This document shows, one piece after another, positions 1 to 12,959 of a DNA stretch of 64,000 bases. The notes under the pieces are model-generated. The model was not told where the DNA came from. It was given only the letters and a program-made list of their open reading frames with translations, and ran no database searches. Origin of the DNA: Haliotis rubra (taxonomy: Eukaryota); the NCBI RefSeq assembly GCF_003918875.1, contig NW_025766670.1:496001-560000 (forward strand), written 5' to 3'. The position numbers and the translations under genes are program-made. Position 1 is the first letter of the stretch, and each line of letters starts with the position of its first letter.

Positions 1-22
1 TCTCAATAATTTCTGGTTGTAC
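1..22. mobile_element. Tc1-type TIR fragment, probably the end of another copy of the 31.5-kb element lying left of the window
   Basis: TCTCAATAATTTCTGGTTGTAC is the exact reverse complement of part of the left TIR at 31485 (CAGTACAACCAGAAATTATTGAGA). Confidence 0.55.
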
Positions 23-224
23 CTTCAGTTGTTGTCGATATATAGCCTGTTTTTATATTGTATCGTCTTGCATAGTTAAAATGTTTGAAATTTAATTAGT
101 ACTTTAACAATTATATCTGTGATAAACTGGTTAATTACTGTCCTTCACGGACAGGTTTTTATAATTTACCTGTAATTATAAATATATTACTTGATATAGT
201 CACGATATGGCTGAAATACTTCTG

Positions 225-1045
225 CCGTCGTTGTAGATGCTTTTTTACTGATTATCTTGTATTCTGGCCTAACAGACGTCGTTGTTAGAGCTTTTTGTAA
301 TGATCGTCTATATTCTGGTGTCACAGGCGGCGTTGTTAACACTTTTTGTACTGATCTTCTTGTATTCTGTATTGTTAGGGCTTTGTGTACTGATCATCAT
401 ATGCATTTATTCTGGCGTCACGGGCGTCGTTGTTAGCACTTTTTGTACTGATCATCTCATATTCGTCGTTGTAAATGCTTTTTGCTGATCATCTCTATAT
501 ATGGCGTCTCAGACGGGTTGTCATACAGACGTTTTTGTACTGATCATCTTATATATTCTCAGACATCACAAATGCGTCGTTATTAAATGATCATCTTATT
601 TTGTACTGATCATCTTATATTCTGGCATCTCAGACGTCACAGACGTCGTTGTAAATGCTTTTTGTACTGATCATCTTATATTCTGGCGTCACAGACGTCG
701 TTGTAAATGCTTTTTGTACTGATCATCTTATATTCGGGCGTCTCAGACGTCGTTGTAAATGCTTTTTGTACTGATCATCTTATATTCTAGCGTCTCAGAC
801 ATCGTTGTAAATGCTTTTTGTACTGATCATCTTATATTCGGGCGTCTCAGAGGTCGTTGTAAATGCTTTTTGTACTGATCATCTTATATTTTGGCGTCTC
901 AGACATCGTTGCAAATGCTTTTTGTACTGATCATCTTACATTCGGGCATCACAGACGTCGTTGTAAATGCTTTTTGTACTGATCATCTTATATTCGGGCG
1001 TCTCAGACATCGTTGTAGATTCTGGCGTCACACGCGTCGTTGTTA
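225..1045. repeat. 52-bp tandem repeat, ~15 copies, more diverged on the left
   Basis: Unit GTAAATGCTTTTTGTACTGATCATCTTATATTCTGGCGTCACAGACGTCGTT recurs at 651, 703, 755 etc. Confidence 0.95.
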
Positions 1046-1329
1046 GGACCCTTGTCGACCAACTACGTTTGTCACACCCGATATTACAGCCCGACCGACG
1101 TGTACGTGAAACACATGTTAAATGTGTGTTTCCTTCATCACCTCGTTTCCCTGGCTGTGACTTGCTCATTTTTTTCTTCTCGAGTCTTCTGTCAAGTAGC
1201 CCAATTCAAGGGAAGCAACTCTTGTTGAATTATTATAAAGATTGTCTGAAGATTCACGTTCAACCTGTAAAGCTTATTTTGACATGCTGAATTAACAGGA
1301 ATGTATGTGTTTTGTTTAACTCTCCCACC

Positions 1330-1936
1330 TTGGATTAAGGCAATATCAGCTGCTATATAAAGAATGTTGTAAACAAAGAGAATATAGAAAATATCAGTTA
1401 CCCTTTCTTAAGGTTACACCTGATATGAATATATATGTTGAAAATATCAGGCAGTATATTGAGAATGCACATACATGATATAAGGAATGGAAATATATTG
1501 AAAATTCAAAGAAGGAATATCATGAGAAACACGAGGGACATTAGTTGAACTACTGCAAATACAAGGAATGTTGATGTATTGAAAGATCAAGGAATATCAG
1601 TCAATACATTGACAATAAACGAATATGATTTACCCAATCGATGATAAAATGACTTTGAGTTTATCTATAACGTATATACCTGGAATATCTTTTGTCTGTT
1701 GAGAACGCAAGGAATAGGTGCTCATCTGTAGATATTGAAAGACAGTTAACCTCATTCGAATGCAAGGAATATTAGTCACTCAATTGAGAATATAAGAATA
1801 AGATACGTTTTCCTCTTCTGAAAATTCCAGTAATATTAGGTAATGTATTGGAAACACAAGGAATTGGGTTTAAACTATTGCGACTACGAGGAATGTTAGT
1901 TGACTGTTGACTATGCAAGGAATATGAGTTAATCTA
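1330..1936. repeat. Old degenerate ~31-bp AT-rich tandem repeat
   Basis: Recurrent CAAGGAATATTAGTT...TATTGA-like motif; traces continue at ~2500-2700 beyond two MITEs. Confidence 0.55.
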
Positions 1937-2349
1937 TACTTCCCACAAAAAGTTTAGACTCACTAGTGTAAATATAGCCACTTACTTCAGGCAACTTTTT
2001 TAATCTAACTTTTGCAAAATATTCCACACTGTTTAAAGGTACTGTTTACACATGAACTGATGTATTGTAAAACAAATTTGTAACGTTGAAAAGATTTGTG
2101 TTATGAGTTCAATAAATGATAAAAATCTCTTAAAACTGGCGAATTCTTAACAATACTTTACACCAAAACGCAGCAGTTCACATGCACGATATTTGCACAT
2201 GCTTTTCAGCAATTTGATGTATGACCCTCGTGCATGAAGTTTGCAGTTGCTTCCCCCAAGTAGTGGAGCAATCAGTCTTCGATGTAACCATATATATACA
2301 TAACATATAGTGAGTGCTTTAAGTGAGTCTAAACTTTTGGTGGGTAGTA
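1937..2349. mobile_element. Non-autonomous Tc1/mariner-type element (MITE family 1)
   Basis: ~28-bp TIRs TACTTCCCACAAAAAGTTTAGACTCACT / AGTGAGTCTAAACTTTTGGTGGGTAGTA, TA on both sides; inverted second copy at 17823-18212. Confidence 0.85.
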
Positions 2350-2351
2350 TA

Positions 2352-2475
2352 TACTCATGCCAATAATGGTTGTCACCCCCTTCAATTGTTTTAATTGGAG
2401 AGGGGGTGTGGAGTGGAGTGGGGGTGTAGAGGGGTTGGGGTGGGGAGGGGATGACAACCATTATTGGCATGAGTA
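2352..2475. mobile_element. Short MITE (family 2) with G-rich interior
   Basis: Perfect 24-bp TIR TACTCATGCCAATAATGGTTGTCA, TA-flanked; related copies at ~38651, 39001, 39401. Confidence 0.85.
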
Positions 2476-2920
2476 TATATCATACATTCAACCCACTGAT
2501 ATTACCCTGAAGTAATTGATAATATATTATTAATACAAGTTGTATTAGTTAATCTGTAGCACAGTGAAGAGAATAATAGGTATATTATTAGCGAAATAGA
2601 ATATACCAGGAACTACTAGTTATCTATAAGGAACACAGATTATCTGAAATAATCTATTGAGTGTACAGATAGGTATGAGGAGCTGTTCGAGAAGAGGAGT
2701 AAAATGTTAGCATCTGTGGGGCGCCATCTCGTGTGTCCTACAATTGTACCAAACACTGTCCGCTACTGTCAGAATTAAAAATAGTAACATCTGTACAACC
2801 ATCTCAGATGTGCGCCTCTCAATATGTCTTACACGTGTAAAATCGCTGCTCGTTAGGATTCGCAGTAAACAGTCAATGAAATGTAGATGAAATCAGCTGT
2901 GACTGCATGGATTCCCAAGG

Positions 2921-3004
2921 TTGGCTGGTTTGTTGTTTAAAGGCGCACTCAGCAATATTCCAGCTGTATGGCTGTACGATCAGTACTTAATCGAGTCTGG
3001 AGCA
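2921..3004 (-). mobile_element. SINE family B, 3' fragment
   Basis: GCACTCAGCAATATTCCAGCT...AATCGAGTCTGGA matches the 3' part of family B. Confidence 0.7.
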
Positions 3005-3009
3005 GGTCA

Positions 3010-3102
3010 GAGTGAGTGAGTTTAGTTTTATGCCGTTTTTAGCAAATATCAAGGCAGGATTACTAAACATGGGTTTCACACATTGTACTCATGTGGGGAA
3101 TC
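3010..3102 (-). mobile_element. tRNA-derived SINE family A, diverged fragment
   Basis: (GAGT)n tail plus TTCACACATTGTACTCATGTGGGGAATC body. Confidence 0.7.
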
Positions 3103-3171
3103 CATGATTTTGGCGAAGGTTGGGGGGAGGGGGGGGTGCTCCTTAGGGAAATTCTTCCGGGGGAGAGGGGG

Positions 3172-3237
3172 ATTTCTGGTGTCCCCCACCGTGATATTGC
3201 TGGAATATTGCTAACAGCGGCTTAAAATTCACTCACT
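3172..3237 (+). mobile_element. SINE family A, 3' fragment
   Basis: ATTTCTGGTGTCCCCCACCGTGATATTGCTGGAATATTGCT...TCACTCACT. Confidence 0.75.
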
Positions 3238-3356
3238 ATGAATGTTTCATCTTTAATGTATGTTCATTGCAGAGGCTGGATGCTAGACTCGTCGTTCGTG
3301 AGAGCACACTATAGCACGTTAAACTGCTGACATTCTTACTAATCTACTTGGATTCT

Positions 3357-3525
3357 GGGGGGGCGGTGGGTTAGCCTAGTGGTTTAGGCGTTCGCTCGTC
3401 ATGCCGAAGTCTCGGGTTCAATTCCCAACATGGGCACAATATGTGAAGCCCATTTCTGGTGTCCCCCGCCGTGATATTGCTTGAATATTGCTCAAAACGG
3501 CGTAAAACTAAACTTACTCACTCAC
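3357..3525 (+). mobile_element. Full-length tRNA-derived SINE family A
   Basis: A box TAGCCTAGTGG, B box GGTTCAATTCC, (CACT)n tail, target-site duplication ACTTGGATT on both sides. Confidence 0.9.
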
Positions 3526-4061
3526 TTGGATTTTGGAACACGGTCACTGGATTCCGGGACACAGCTTTACACATCTAATTGTGGCAAACAAGGCGACTGT
3601 GCCACCATATCCTAAAATATACAATTCGGCCAAATACAATCTCCTGTTATCAACGAAGGAGATCATCGGATTCTGACACGTCAAAGGGACGGAACTCTGT
3701 ACAGCGAGGTGTGGCGAATGACGAATGGGCCACCCATATTCACACTGATCTACAAGTATACAATTACATTCTCCTGCTATCTGCTGTGGGTTTACTGACA
3801 TACACAACTGCCATCACCTATTGCTGGAAGCTGATGATCAGTCTGAGCAGGCGCTCAGTCTCCCGATAACGATATACCATCACAGTTGCTGTCCGGCGTT
3901 CACTGACCGCAATATGTCCACGCGTTCCTGGCATCATTGTCCGGACCGCTCACTGACCGTAAAATGTCCCATGTAACTACCAGAAACATCTCGCCCACTC
4001 TACCATGAACACTGATTAGCATACCTACTAACGACACAGACAGTCCCGCTTACTCACCTGT

Positions 4062-7000
4062 GAATAACCACTATCACCATCGACACCCACTTCCTCCATT
4101 CCCACAAACGCCGACCACAATCACCATCAACACCCACTTCCTCCACACACACCCCCCCCAACGCCGACCACCATCGACACCTACCTCCATCCCACTAACG
4201 CCGACCACCATCACCATCGAGACCCACTTCCTCCATCCACACCAACACCGACCACCACTACCATCAACCACTTCCTCCATCCCCATCAACGCCCACCTCC
4301 ATCACCATCGCATCGACCCTACTTCCTCCATCCCCATCCCCACCAACGCCGACCACCATCACCATCGACATCCACTTCCTGCATCCCGACCAACGCCGAC
4401 TACCATCACCATCGACATCCACCACCACCAACGCCGACCACCATCACCATCGACACCGCACTTCCTCCATCCCACCAACGCCGACCACCATCACCATCGA
4501 CATCCACTTCCTCCATCCCCACCAACGCCGACCACCATCACCATCGACATCCACTTCCTCCATCCCCACCAACGCCGACCACCATCACCATAATTGACAC
4601 TTCCTCCACCAACGCCCCACCACCATCACCATCGACATCCACTTCCTCCATCCCTTCCATCAACGCCGACCACCATCATCATTCACATCCATCCCACCAA
4701 CGCCGACCACCACCGACCACCATCGACCATCCACTTCCTCCATCCCGACCAACGCCGACCACCATCACCATCGACAACCACTTTCCATCCTTCCACCAAC
4801 ACCACCACCACCATCATCGATATCCACTTCCCCACTTCCTCCATCCCCACTAACGCCAACCACCATCACCATCGCAACAACGCCGACCACCTTCCATCCA
4901 TCCACTTCTCCATCCCAACGCCGACCACCATCACCATCAACATCCACTTCCTCTCCGTCCCCCACCAACGCCGACCAACTATCACCATCGACATGGACTT
5001 CCTCATCCATTTCCTCCTTCCATTCACCAACGCCGACCACCATCACCATCCGACATCCACTCTCCATCGACCCACTTACACCGACCACCATCAACGGCAC
5101 CACCATCACCATCCATATCCATCCTCCATCCATCACCAACGCCGACCACCATCACCATCGACATCCACTTCCTCCATCTAACCCACCACCAACGCCGACC
5201 ACCATCACCATCGACAACCACTTCCTCCATCCCCATCAACGCCGACCACCATCACCATCGACATCCACTTCCTCCATCCCCACCAACGCCGACCACCATC
5301 ACCATCGACATCCACTTCCTCCATCCCCACCAACGCCGACCACCATCACCATCGACATCCACTTCCTCCATCCCCACCAACGCCGACCACCATCACCATC
5401 GACATCCACTTCCTCCATCCCCACCAACGCCGACCACCATCACTTTCGACACCACTCTCCATCCCCACCAACACCTGACCACCATCACCATCCAACATCC
5501 ACTTCCTCCACCACCAACGCCGAACCACCATCACCATGACACCACTTCCTCCATCCCCACCAACGCCGACCACCATCACCATCAACACCTATACCTCCAT
5601 CCCCACCAACGCTGACCACCATCACCATCGACAACAGACGTCCCTCCATCCTCCACCAACGCCGACCACCACCATCCATCGACACCCACTTCCTCCATCC
5701 ATCCCCACCAACACCGCCGACCACCATCACCATCGACGACCCACCTCCATCCCCACCAACGCCGACCACCATCACCATCGACACCCACCTCCATCCCCCA
5801 ACAACGCCGACCACCATCACCATCGACCACCTACCTCCATCCCCCACCAACGCCGACCACCATCACCATCGACACCCACTTCCTCCATCCCCACAACGCC
5901 GACCACCATCACCATCGACATCCACTTCCTCCATCACCCACCAACGCCGACCACCATCAACCATCCATCAACTACCATCGACCATCATACTTCCATCCCC
6001 ACCAACGCCGACCACCATCACCATCGACCATGACCTCGTTGATGACTACACGGCCCACTTCCTCCGTCCCCACCAACGCCGACCACCATCACCATCGAGA
6101 CCCATTTCCATCCATTCCCACCAAGGCCGACCACCATCACCATCGACATCCACTTCCTCCATCCCCACCAACGCCGACCACTTCCATCACCATCAATCGA
6201 CACCCGCTTACCTCCATCCCCACAATGCCGACTATCTGGTTAAATGCCACTTTCTTTACCCCGTCGACACTATACTTTCTCCATCCCCACCAACGCCGAC
6301 CACCATCGACACTTCCTCCATCCCCACCAACACCTCCAACCCCATCAACACCGATGCCCCACCATCACCATCGACATCCACTTCCTCCATCCCCACCAAC
6401 GCCGACCACCATCACCATCGACACCCACTTCCTCCATCCCCACCAACGCCGACATCACCATCACCATCCGACACCTACCTCCATCCATCCTCCATCCCCC
6501 ACCAACGCCGACCACCATCACCATCGACATCCACTTCCTCCATCCCCCGCCAGCACACCGACCACCATCACCATCGACATCCACCATTCCTCCATCCCCA
6601 CCCACCATCGCCACCAACGCCAATACCGTCACCATCCCACCATCACACCTACCTCGATCCCCACAAACTTCCACCATCCATGCCATACCCGTTACCTCCA
6701 TCCCCATCAACGCCGACCACCATCACCACATCGACATCCACTTCCTCCATCCCCACCAACACCGACCACCATCTACCTTTCGACATCTATACCTCCATCC
6801 CCACTTCCAACGCCCGGACTCCACCATCACCATCGACACCCACTTCCTCCATCCCCTCCATAACGCCAACACCTACCACTCATCCACTATCACCACCTTA
6901 CCTCCATCCCATCACCACCAACGCCGACCACCATCATCATCGACCACTTCCTCCATCCCCACCAACGCCGACCACCATCACCATCGACATCCACTTCCTC

Positions 7001-8530
7001 CATCCCCTCACCAAAACCGACCACCATCACCATACGCCATCGACACCTCGACACCGCATCCTCCATCCCGACCCCACCACCGACAACGCCATCCCACCAT
7101 CACTTCATCCATCCCCACTCACCGACCACCAATCACCATCCACGCCTCCATCCCACCCAGGCCAACGCTGACCACCATCACCATCGACACCTCCCTCCAT
7201 CCCCACAACGCCGACCACCATCACCATCACCACCTACCTTCCATCACCCAACCGCTTCCATCAGCACATGCATCGGACCACCATCACCACCAACGCTGGC
7301 CACCTCACCATCGACATTTCACTACTTCTGCCGACCTCACATCAACGCTGACCACATCACCACCATCACCATCGACATCCCTTCATCCATCACCATCAAC
7401 CACGATCTCCATCACTATCACCACCGACATCACCCACTTCCCCTACAATCCGACCACTAACATCCACACCCACTTCATCCACGCCGACCACCATCGACAA
7501 CACCGACCACCATCACCACCACTAACACCTACAACTCCATCCCCACAACGCCGACCACCATCACCATCGACACCCACTTCCTCCATCCCACCCAACGCCG
7601 ATCAACATCACCACTTCTCCATCCCCTTCAGCACCATCCCCACCAACATCCACTTCCTCCATCTCCTGCACTCCCCCAACGCCGATCAACATCACCATCG
7701 AAACTCCATCCTTCCTCAATCACCACCAACATCGACATCCACCTCAATCCACCACCAACGACCACCATCACCATCAACACCTTCCTCCATCCCCACCATT
7801 CGCCGACCACCATCACCATCGACACCCTACTTCCTCCATCCCCACCAACACCGACCACCATCGACACCCACTTCCTCCATCCCCACCAACACCGACCACC
7901 ATCACCATCAACACCTATACCTCCAACCCCACAAACGCCGACCTCCATCACCATCGACACCCACTTCCTCCATTCCCACAAACGCCGACCACCATCGACA
8001 CCACTTCCATCCCCACCAACACCCGACCACCATCACCATCAACACCTATACCTCCATCCCCACCAACGCCGACCACCGTCACCATCGATCCCCACCAACT
8101 TCCTCTATCCAAAACCAACGCCGACCACCATCACCATCGACATCTACTTCCTCCATCCCCACCAACCCCGACCACCATCACCATCGACATCCACTTCCTC
8201 CATCCCCACCAACGCCGAGCACCATCATCATCGACACCTACCTCCATCCGAACCAACACCGACCACCATCACTATCGACACCTACCTCCATCCCCACAAC
8301 CCCGATCACCATCACCATCGACATCCACTTCCTCCATCCCCACAACCCCGACCACCATCACCATCGACACCCGCTTCCTCCATCCCCACCAACGCCGACC
8401 ACCATCATCACCATCGACACTCACCTCCACCATCCCCACCAAAGCCAACCATCACCACCAACAGTAGACCAACATCACCGCCATCACTGATCAACACCAA
8501 CACCAACACAACACACGACTACCATCACTG
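4062..8530. repeat. 47-bp C/A-rich minisatellite, indel-rich
   Basis: Unit CACCAACGCCGACCACCATCACCATCGACATCCACTTCCTCCATCCC; clean copies at 5230-5440. Confidence 0.95.
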
Positions 8531-8944
8531 CCAACAGCGACAGTGAAATAGACATGGACGAACATATTCTCACTTGAATGCAGATTTTCGAAATTCAACT
8601 TCAGATTTATTCCATGTGTATTGATTCTGGCGTGGAATTGAGATAAATACGTCTACATCTGCATTAACCGAACTAAGTGGGCAATTCTTCGTCCAAGCAA
8701 AGACCGCGAGATGGAAGAGGTCTTCTTTCATTAGAAATATAAAATTCCTTTTGGATTTTGAACAAATAACATTACCCAATCTATACCGAAAAGACCAGTG
8801 ACTCGAAATGTCATTGTTAGACACGTACCCACATTGTCAAGCATGTACGTGCGCAAGCAGTAATATGTAAAACAGTTCATTACGTTTCCAGTCAGTAACA
8901 CACGAGTCCACATAGCTGTTGAGATATATACTGCACCAGGCTTC

Positions 8945-9310
8945 CGTACACGTGTCTTTAGTCTTATGCACGTGTCGATAGTGCTGATAAACATGTCTTT
9001 AGTCGTATACACGTGTCTTTAGTTGTATATGTGTCCATACACTTATACACGTGTCTTAAGTCTTAAACATGTGCCCATAGTTACACGTTTCCACACAGTT
9101 ATACACTTGTCTATGGTCTTATACACTTGCCTTTAGTTAGTCTTAAATACGTGTCCATACAATTATACACGTGTCCATAATGTTACACACGTGTCGTTAG
9201 TTATGCACGTGTCCATACAGTTATACATGTGTGGATACAGCTACACACACGTGTCCAGTCACTTATGTACACGTGCCTATAGAGTTATCCACGTTTCCAT
9301 AGTGTTATAC
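8945..9310. repeat. Degenerate ~18-20-bp tandem repeat
   Basis: Recurrent ATACACGTGTCCATAGTT-like unit. Confidence 0.75.
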
Positions 9311-10158
9311 TCGTTCCCATATCTCTCACTCGACCAATGCGACGTATTGCGGTTCAGACACACATTGGCAGTCACGTAGCGCTGGTTCAGACGTTGTTTT
9401 GTATTCCAGTTCCGGGTATTGACAGCCACCGCCCACCACGCTGCCTCCACTGTGTCGGTCCACTGTTTGTTGACACAGAGAACCAAGTAAATCCCGTCAC
9501 ACAGCTGTTCCATTATAGTTTGTAAATTTAATAACTCCCACGTCTAGCTAGCAATAATTCCAACACAAAAACTCGATTAAAAGCATCATTAGTGAGCTTT
9601 GTTGTAAATGATACAGTTATGGCGGCAGCGACCACGCCCCTCCCAGTTCTTATTACCATGGCGACGCGGCTCGAGGCTGCAAGCGGGATTTGCATTGTGA
9701 TGCAGATTTCAGGGGGTTTGGTTGGTATATACATTGCAAATGATGCATGGGATAAATATCATGGCACATAATGTTTGCGGAATGTATGGCAGCCGGTTCA
9801 GTGTGGGGAAACCTTACACGCCAGATGTGTCTGTCTAAGTGCATCTCGGGAGCATACCTCATTTGACAAAATAACATAACTTCCGGTTATTTGCCTCATA
9901 TGTTCCAAGTGATGAAGTTATACAATAAGAATTAAAATATATACTTATTTTCTTTTGATACAAAGACACAGTATTTCTTTCGTTGTGACAAAACATGGGC
10001 AGGATTAGTCAAGGAAATACTTCAACGGGTGACTATAAAATGGAAAAGCTAATTGAAGGAAATACCAGCATGGACGGTGGCTGTCTGAGAAAAATATACA
10101 AGAACGGGTTGAGATGTGTGAAAATACTTGCATGGTTGTAAAAATGGCTGGACCGATA

Positions 10159-10857
10159 CTGGCTAGCGAACAGTAATCGCCCCGTAACAGTTATCGCCAA
10201 TACATCAGTAACACGCGTGCGCAGTTCCGGTCAATTACAATTTCGGTATTTTTTCCCCACGGTATTTGACAAGAATAAAGGACAGCAATAGAACATTCTT
10301 AACGGCAAGTAACATAAGAGAAAAATTAGAGATAAAGTTATGAACCATATGAAAAATATAAACTGAAATATGTAATAGCAAGTTCAAGTTCACAAGTCAT
10401 TAATTGTTTCACTCTCTATCAATCTACTGTAAAGGAAACACTCAGATAGTCACACAATAAATTATTCGAGGTTACTGTATGATATGAATATATATTATTT
10501 CAGGTATGGCATGAGAAATAGAGAATCTCACCCAAGTGTCTACTGATATCAGTTATATCACCACGAGTTGATAAAGTTACAAATATCCGAGGCTTGTTGA
10601 GGATAGTTTTACCTTTATCAACGAGTGTTGATATAATTGATATCAGTAGGCGATAACTGTTACAGTTAGTTGTGAAAACGATCTGTTTATACTGCCATGA
10701 TTCCCTTCCGTCGCGTTATAAAAACGATCGGCGGCAGTGAACGGGCTGGACACATCGGTGAATGGCGAATTCCGCAATTCTGTTTCATTAATTTAACGAA
10801 CGGCAGAGAAATTTTGTAAATACCGCTAAAACATGGCGATAACTGTTCTCTAGCCAG
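10159..10857. mobile_element. Non-autonomous TA-flanked DNA transposon (MITE family 3)
   Basis: 23-bp TIR CTGGCTAGCGAACAGTAATCGCC / GGCGATAACTGTTCTCTAGCCAG (2 mismatches), TA both sides; internal repeats of AACAGTTATCGCC. Confidence 0.8.
10540..10649. mobile_element. Palindromic mini-element nested in MITE family 3
   Basis: ~49-bp imperfect inverted arms CTACTGATATCAGTTATATCA...TGATATAATTGATATCAGTAG around a short spacer. Confidence 0.65.
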
Positions 10858-11749
10858 TAGGCATTTGAGAGAATATCTGAACGGGTGGATATCTGAGGAA
10901 AATGGTTGGAATTGGAAGGGGATTTGAGAAAATACCCGAACGGGTGGATCTCTGAGAAAAAGACCTGGGTTTGCGAATATCTGACAAAATACTTGGGTGG
11001 GTGATATGTAAAAAAAATACTCGGACTGTGGCTTATGAATTAAAGTGACGGACAGGGGGTTATTGTCTGTCATTGGTAGGTCTTCCCAACATCATTGCTC
11101 AGCACTATCTCGCACCCTTCTGCCAGTGTCAGCCCTATGTAATTCATGATTAGCAATAGGTGGACTGCTGGCGACTTCCGGTTGTTGATGATCTGTCCGC
11201 ACGTTTGGGGACATCTTCATGACTTTCCGGTGTTAAATCGAATTGCCACTTCCTATGTTTTGTTTCACGCATGTTTATTGAAAGTAACGAGATTTGGGCG
11301 GAGCACGACACTCGTGAAATCTCCGTACACCGAGGTTAAAACACGCAGTGTGCAGAGTTTGTGTCATCAAGGGGTTGACTCAGCTGAAACTATTTTAGTG
11401 TAAAGATATACATCTACAGTTTGCTCCAGAACAAGGGAGAACATTTAATGTTATGATCACAACACATGCAAAAACATGGAGATGTATTGTTTATTTATCA
11501 ATTGTACATAGAGCCTATCAGATCTGACATTTTGAACACTTTTTCCAAATCCAAGTCATTCCAATTATGGCATCTAAATTATCATTTACCTCTGGCATGA
11601 TATTTCAGGAGGAAGGTAAATATACAACAATATACACTGTTCTCAACACGCTTCCAAGAATCCTTTTGAAAGTTATACCCCCTCGTTCTGTGGCTCGTCA
11701 TGAAATCTTTGAAGATAAGGAGGGATGTTGATATCAAGTGTAGACGCCT

Positions 11750-12308
11750 ATATTGTATATTGTGGAATATTGACTGATGTATGTTGATAGTGTAGAGATT
11801 TGTATATTGTGGAATATTGACTGATGTATGTTGATAGTGTAGAGAATTGTATATTGTGGAATATTGACTGCTGTATGTTGATAGTGTAGAGACTGCTGTA
11901 TTGTATATTGTGGAATATTGACTGATGTATGTTGATAGTGTTGATAGTGTTCAGAATTGTATATTGTGGAATATTGACTGATGTATGTTGATAGTGTAGA
12001 GAATTGTATATTGTGGAATATTGACTGCTGTATGTTGATAGTGTAGAGAATTGTATATTGTGGAATATTGACTGATGTATGTTGATAGTGTAGAGAATTG
12101 TATATTGTGGAATATTGACTGATGTATGTTGATAGTGTAGAGAATTGTATATTGTGGAATATTGACTGATGTATGTTGATAGTGTAGAGAATTGTATATC
12201 GTGGAATATTGACTGATGTATGTTGATAGTGTAGAGAATTGTATATTGTGGAATATTGACTGATGTATGTTGATAGTGTTCAGATTTGTATATTGCGGAA
12301 TATTGTCT
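11750..12308. repeat. 47-bp AT-rich tandem repeat, ~12 copies
   Basis: Unit TGTATATTGTGGAATATTGACTGATGTATGTTGATAGTGTAGAGAAT. Confidence 0.95.
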
Positions 12309-12382
12309 GGTTATATTTGATAGGTTGGGTATATAGGTTTGGTGTATCTCGATGACATGTATAGACACACGACCTGGTTCAC

Positions 12383-12614
12383 TGAGTGAGTGAGTGAGTT
12401 TAGGTTTACGCCGCACTCTGCAATATTCCAGCTATATGACGGCGGTCTGTAAATAATAGAGTCTCGACAAGACAATCCAGTGATCAACAGCAAGAGCATC
12501 GATCCATGCCATTGGGATACGATGACAGCGAGCCTTGCCACCCGATCACGTTAGTCGCCTCTTACGACAAGCATGGGTTACTGAGGATCAGTTCTAACCG
12601 GACCTTCACGGGTC
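12383..12614 (-). mobile_element. SINE family B, near full length
   Basis: 5' GACCCGTGAAGG... to (CACT)n tail; TSD GA(C/G)CTGGTTCA. Confidence 0.9.
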
Positions 12615-12959
12615 CGAGCTGGTTCAGACCTCAAATGCCGCCACAGACTTGGTAATGGTGTGTCATTGAGAAAAGACACCAGCCCCTACCGCCAAACATT
12701 CCCTACCTAACAAACATTCCCTACCTATTGGGGCAGTCAAAAAAAAAAGATGTTTCAAAACAGGAGGCTAGATCCTACGTCGTTGTGTGTGTTTGTGTGT
12801 GTGCGTGAGCGCGCGCGTGCGTGCGATGCATGTGTGTGACACAGATGATCCATGGTGTAACAAATATAGGTGGTCCGTGGTATAAACACAGGGAGGGAAG
12901 TTATCACTTTTCCCCTTCCATGAACCCCCACTTCTGTGATCGCTTAGTACCATCTGACT

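Noticed and set aside
3357-3435. tRNA-like sequence with A and B boxes
   Set aside because: Continues into a SINE body and tail with TSD; several diverged copies in the window; not a tRNA gene.
6244-8490. 748-aa His/Pro/Thr-rich ORF and overlapping ORFs
   Set aside because: The 47-bp unit is not a multiple of 3, so the frames cycle; lack of stops follows from the C/A-rich composition.
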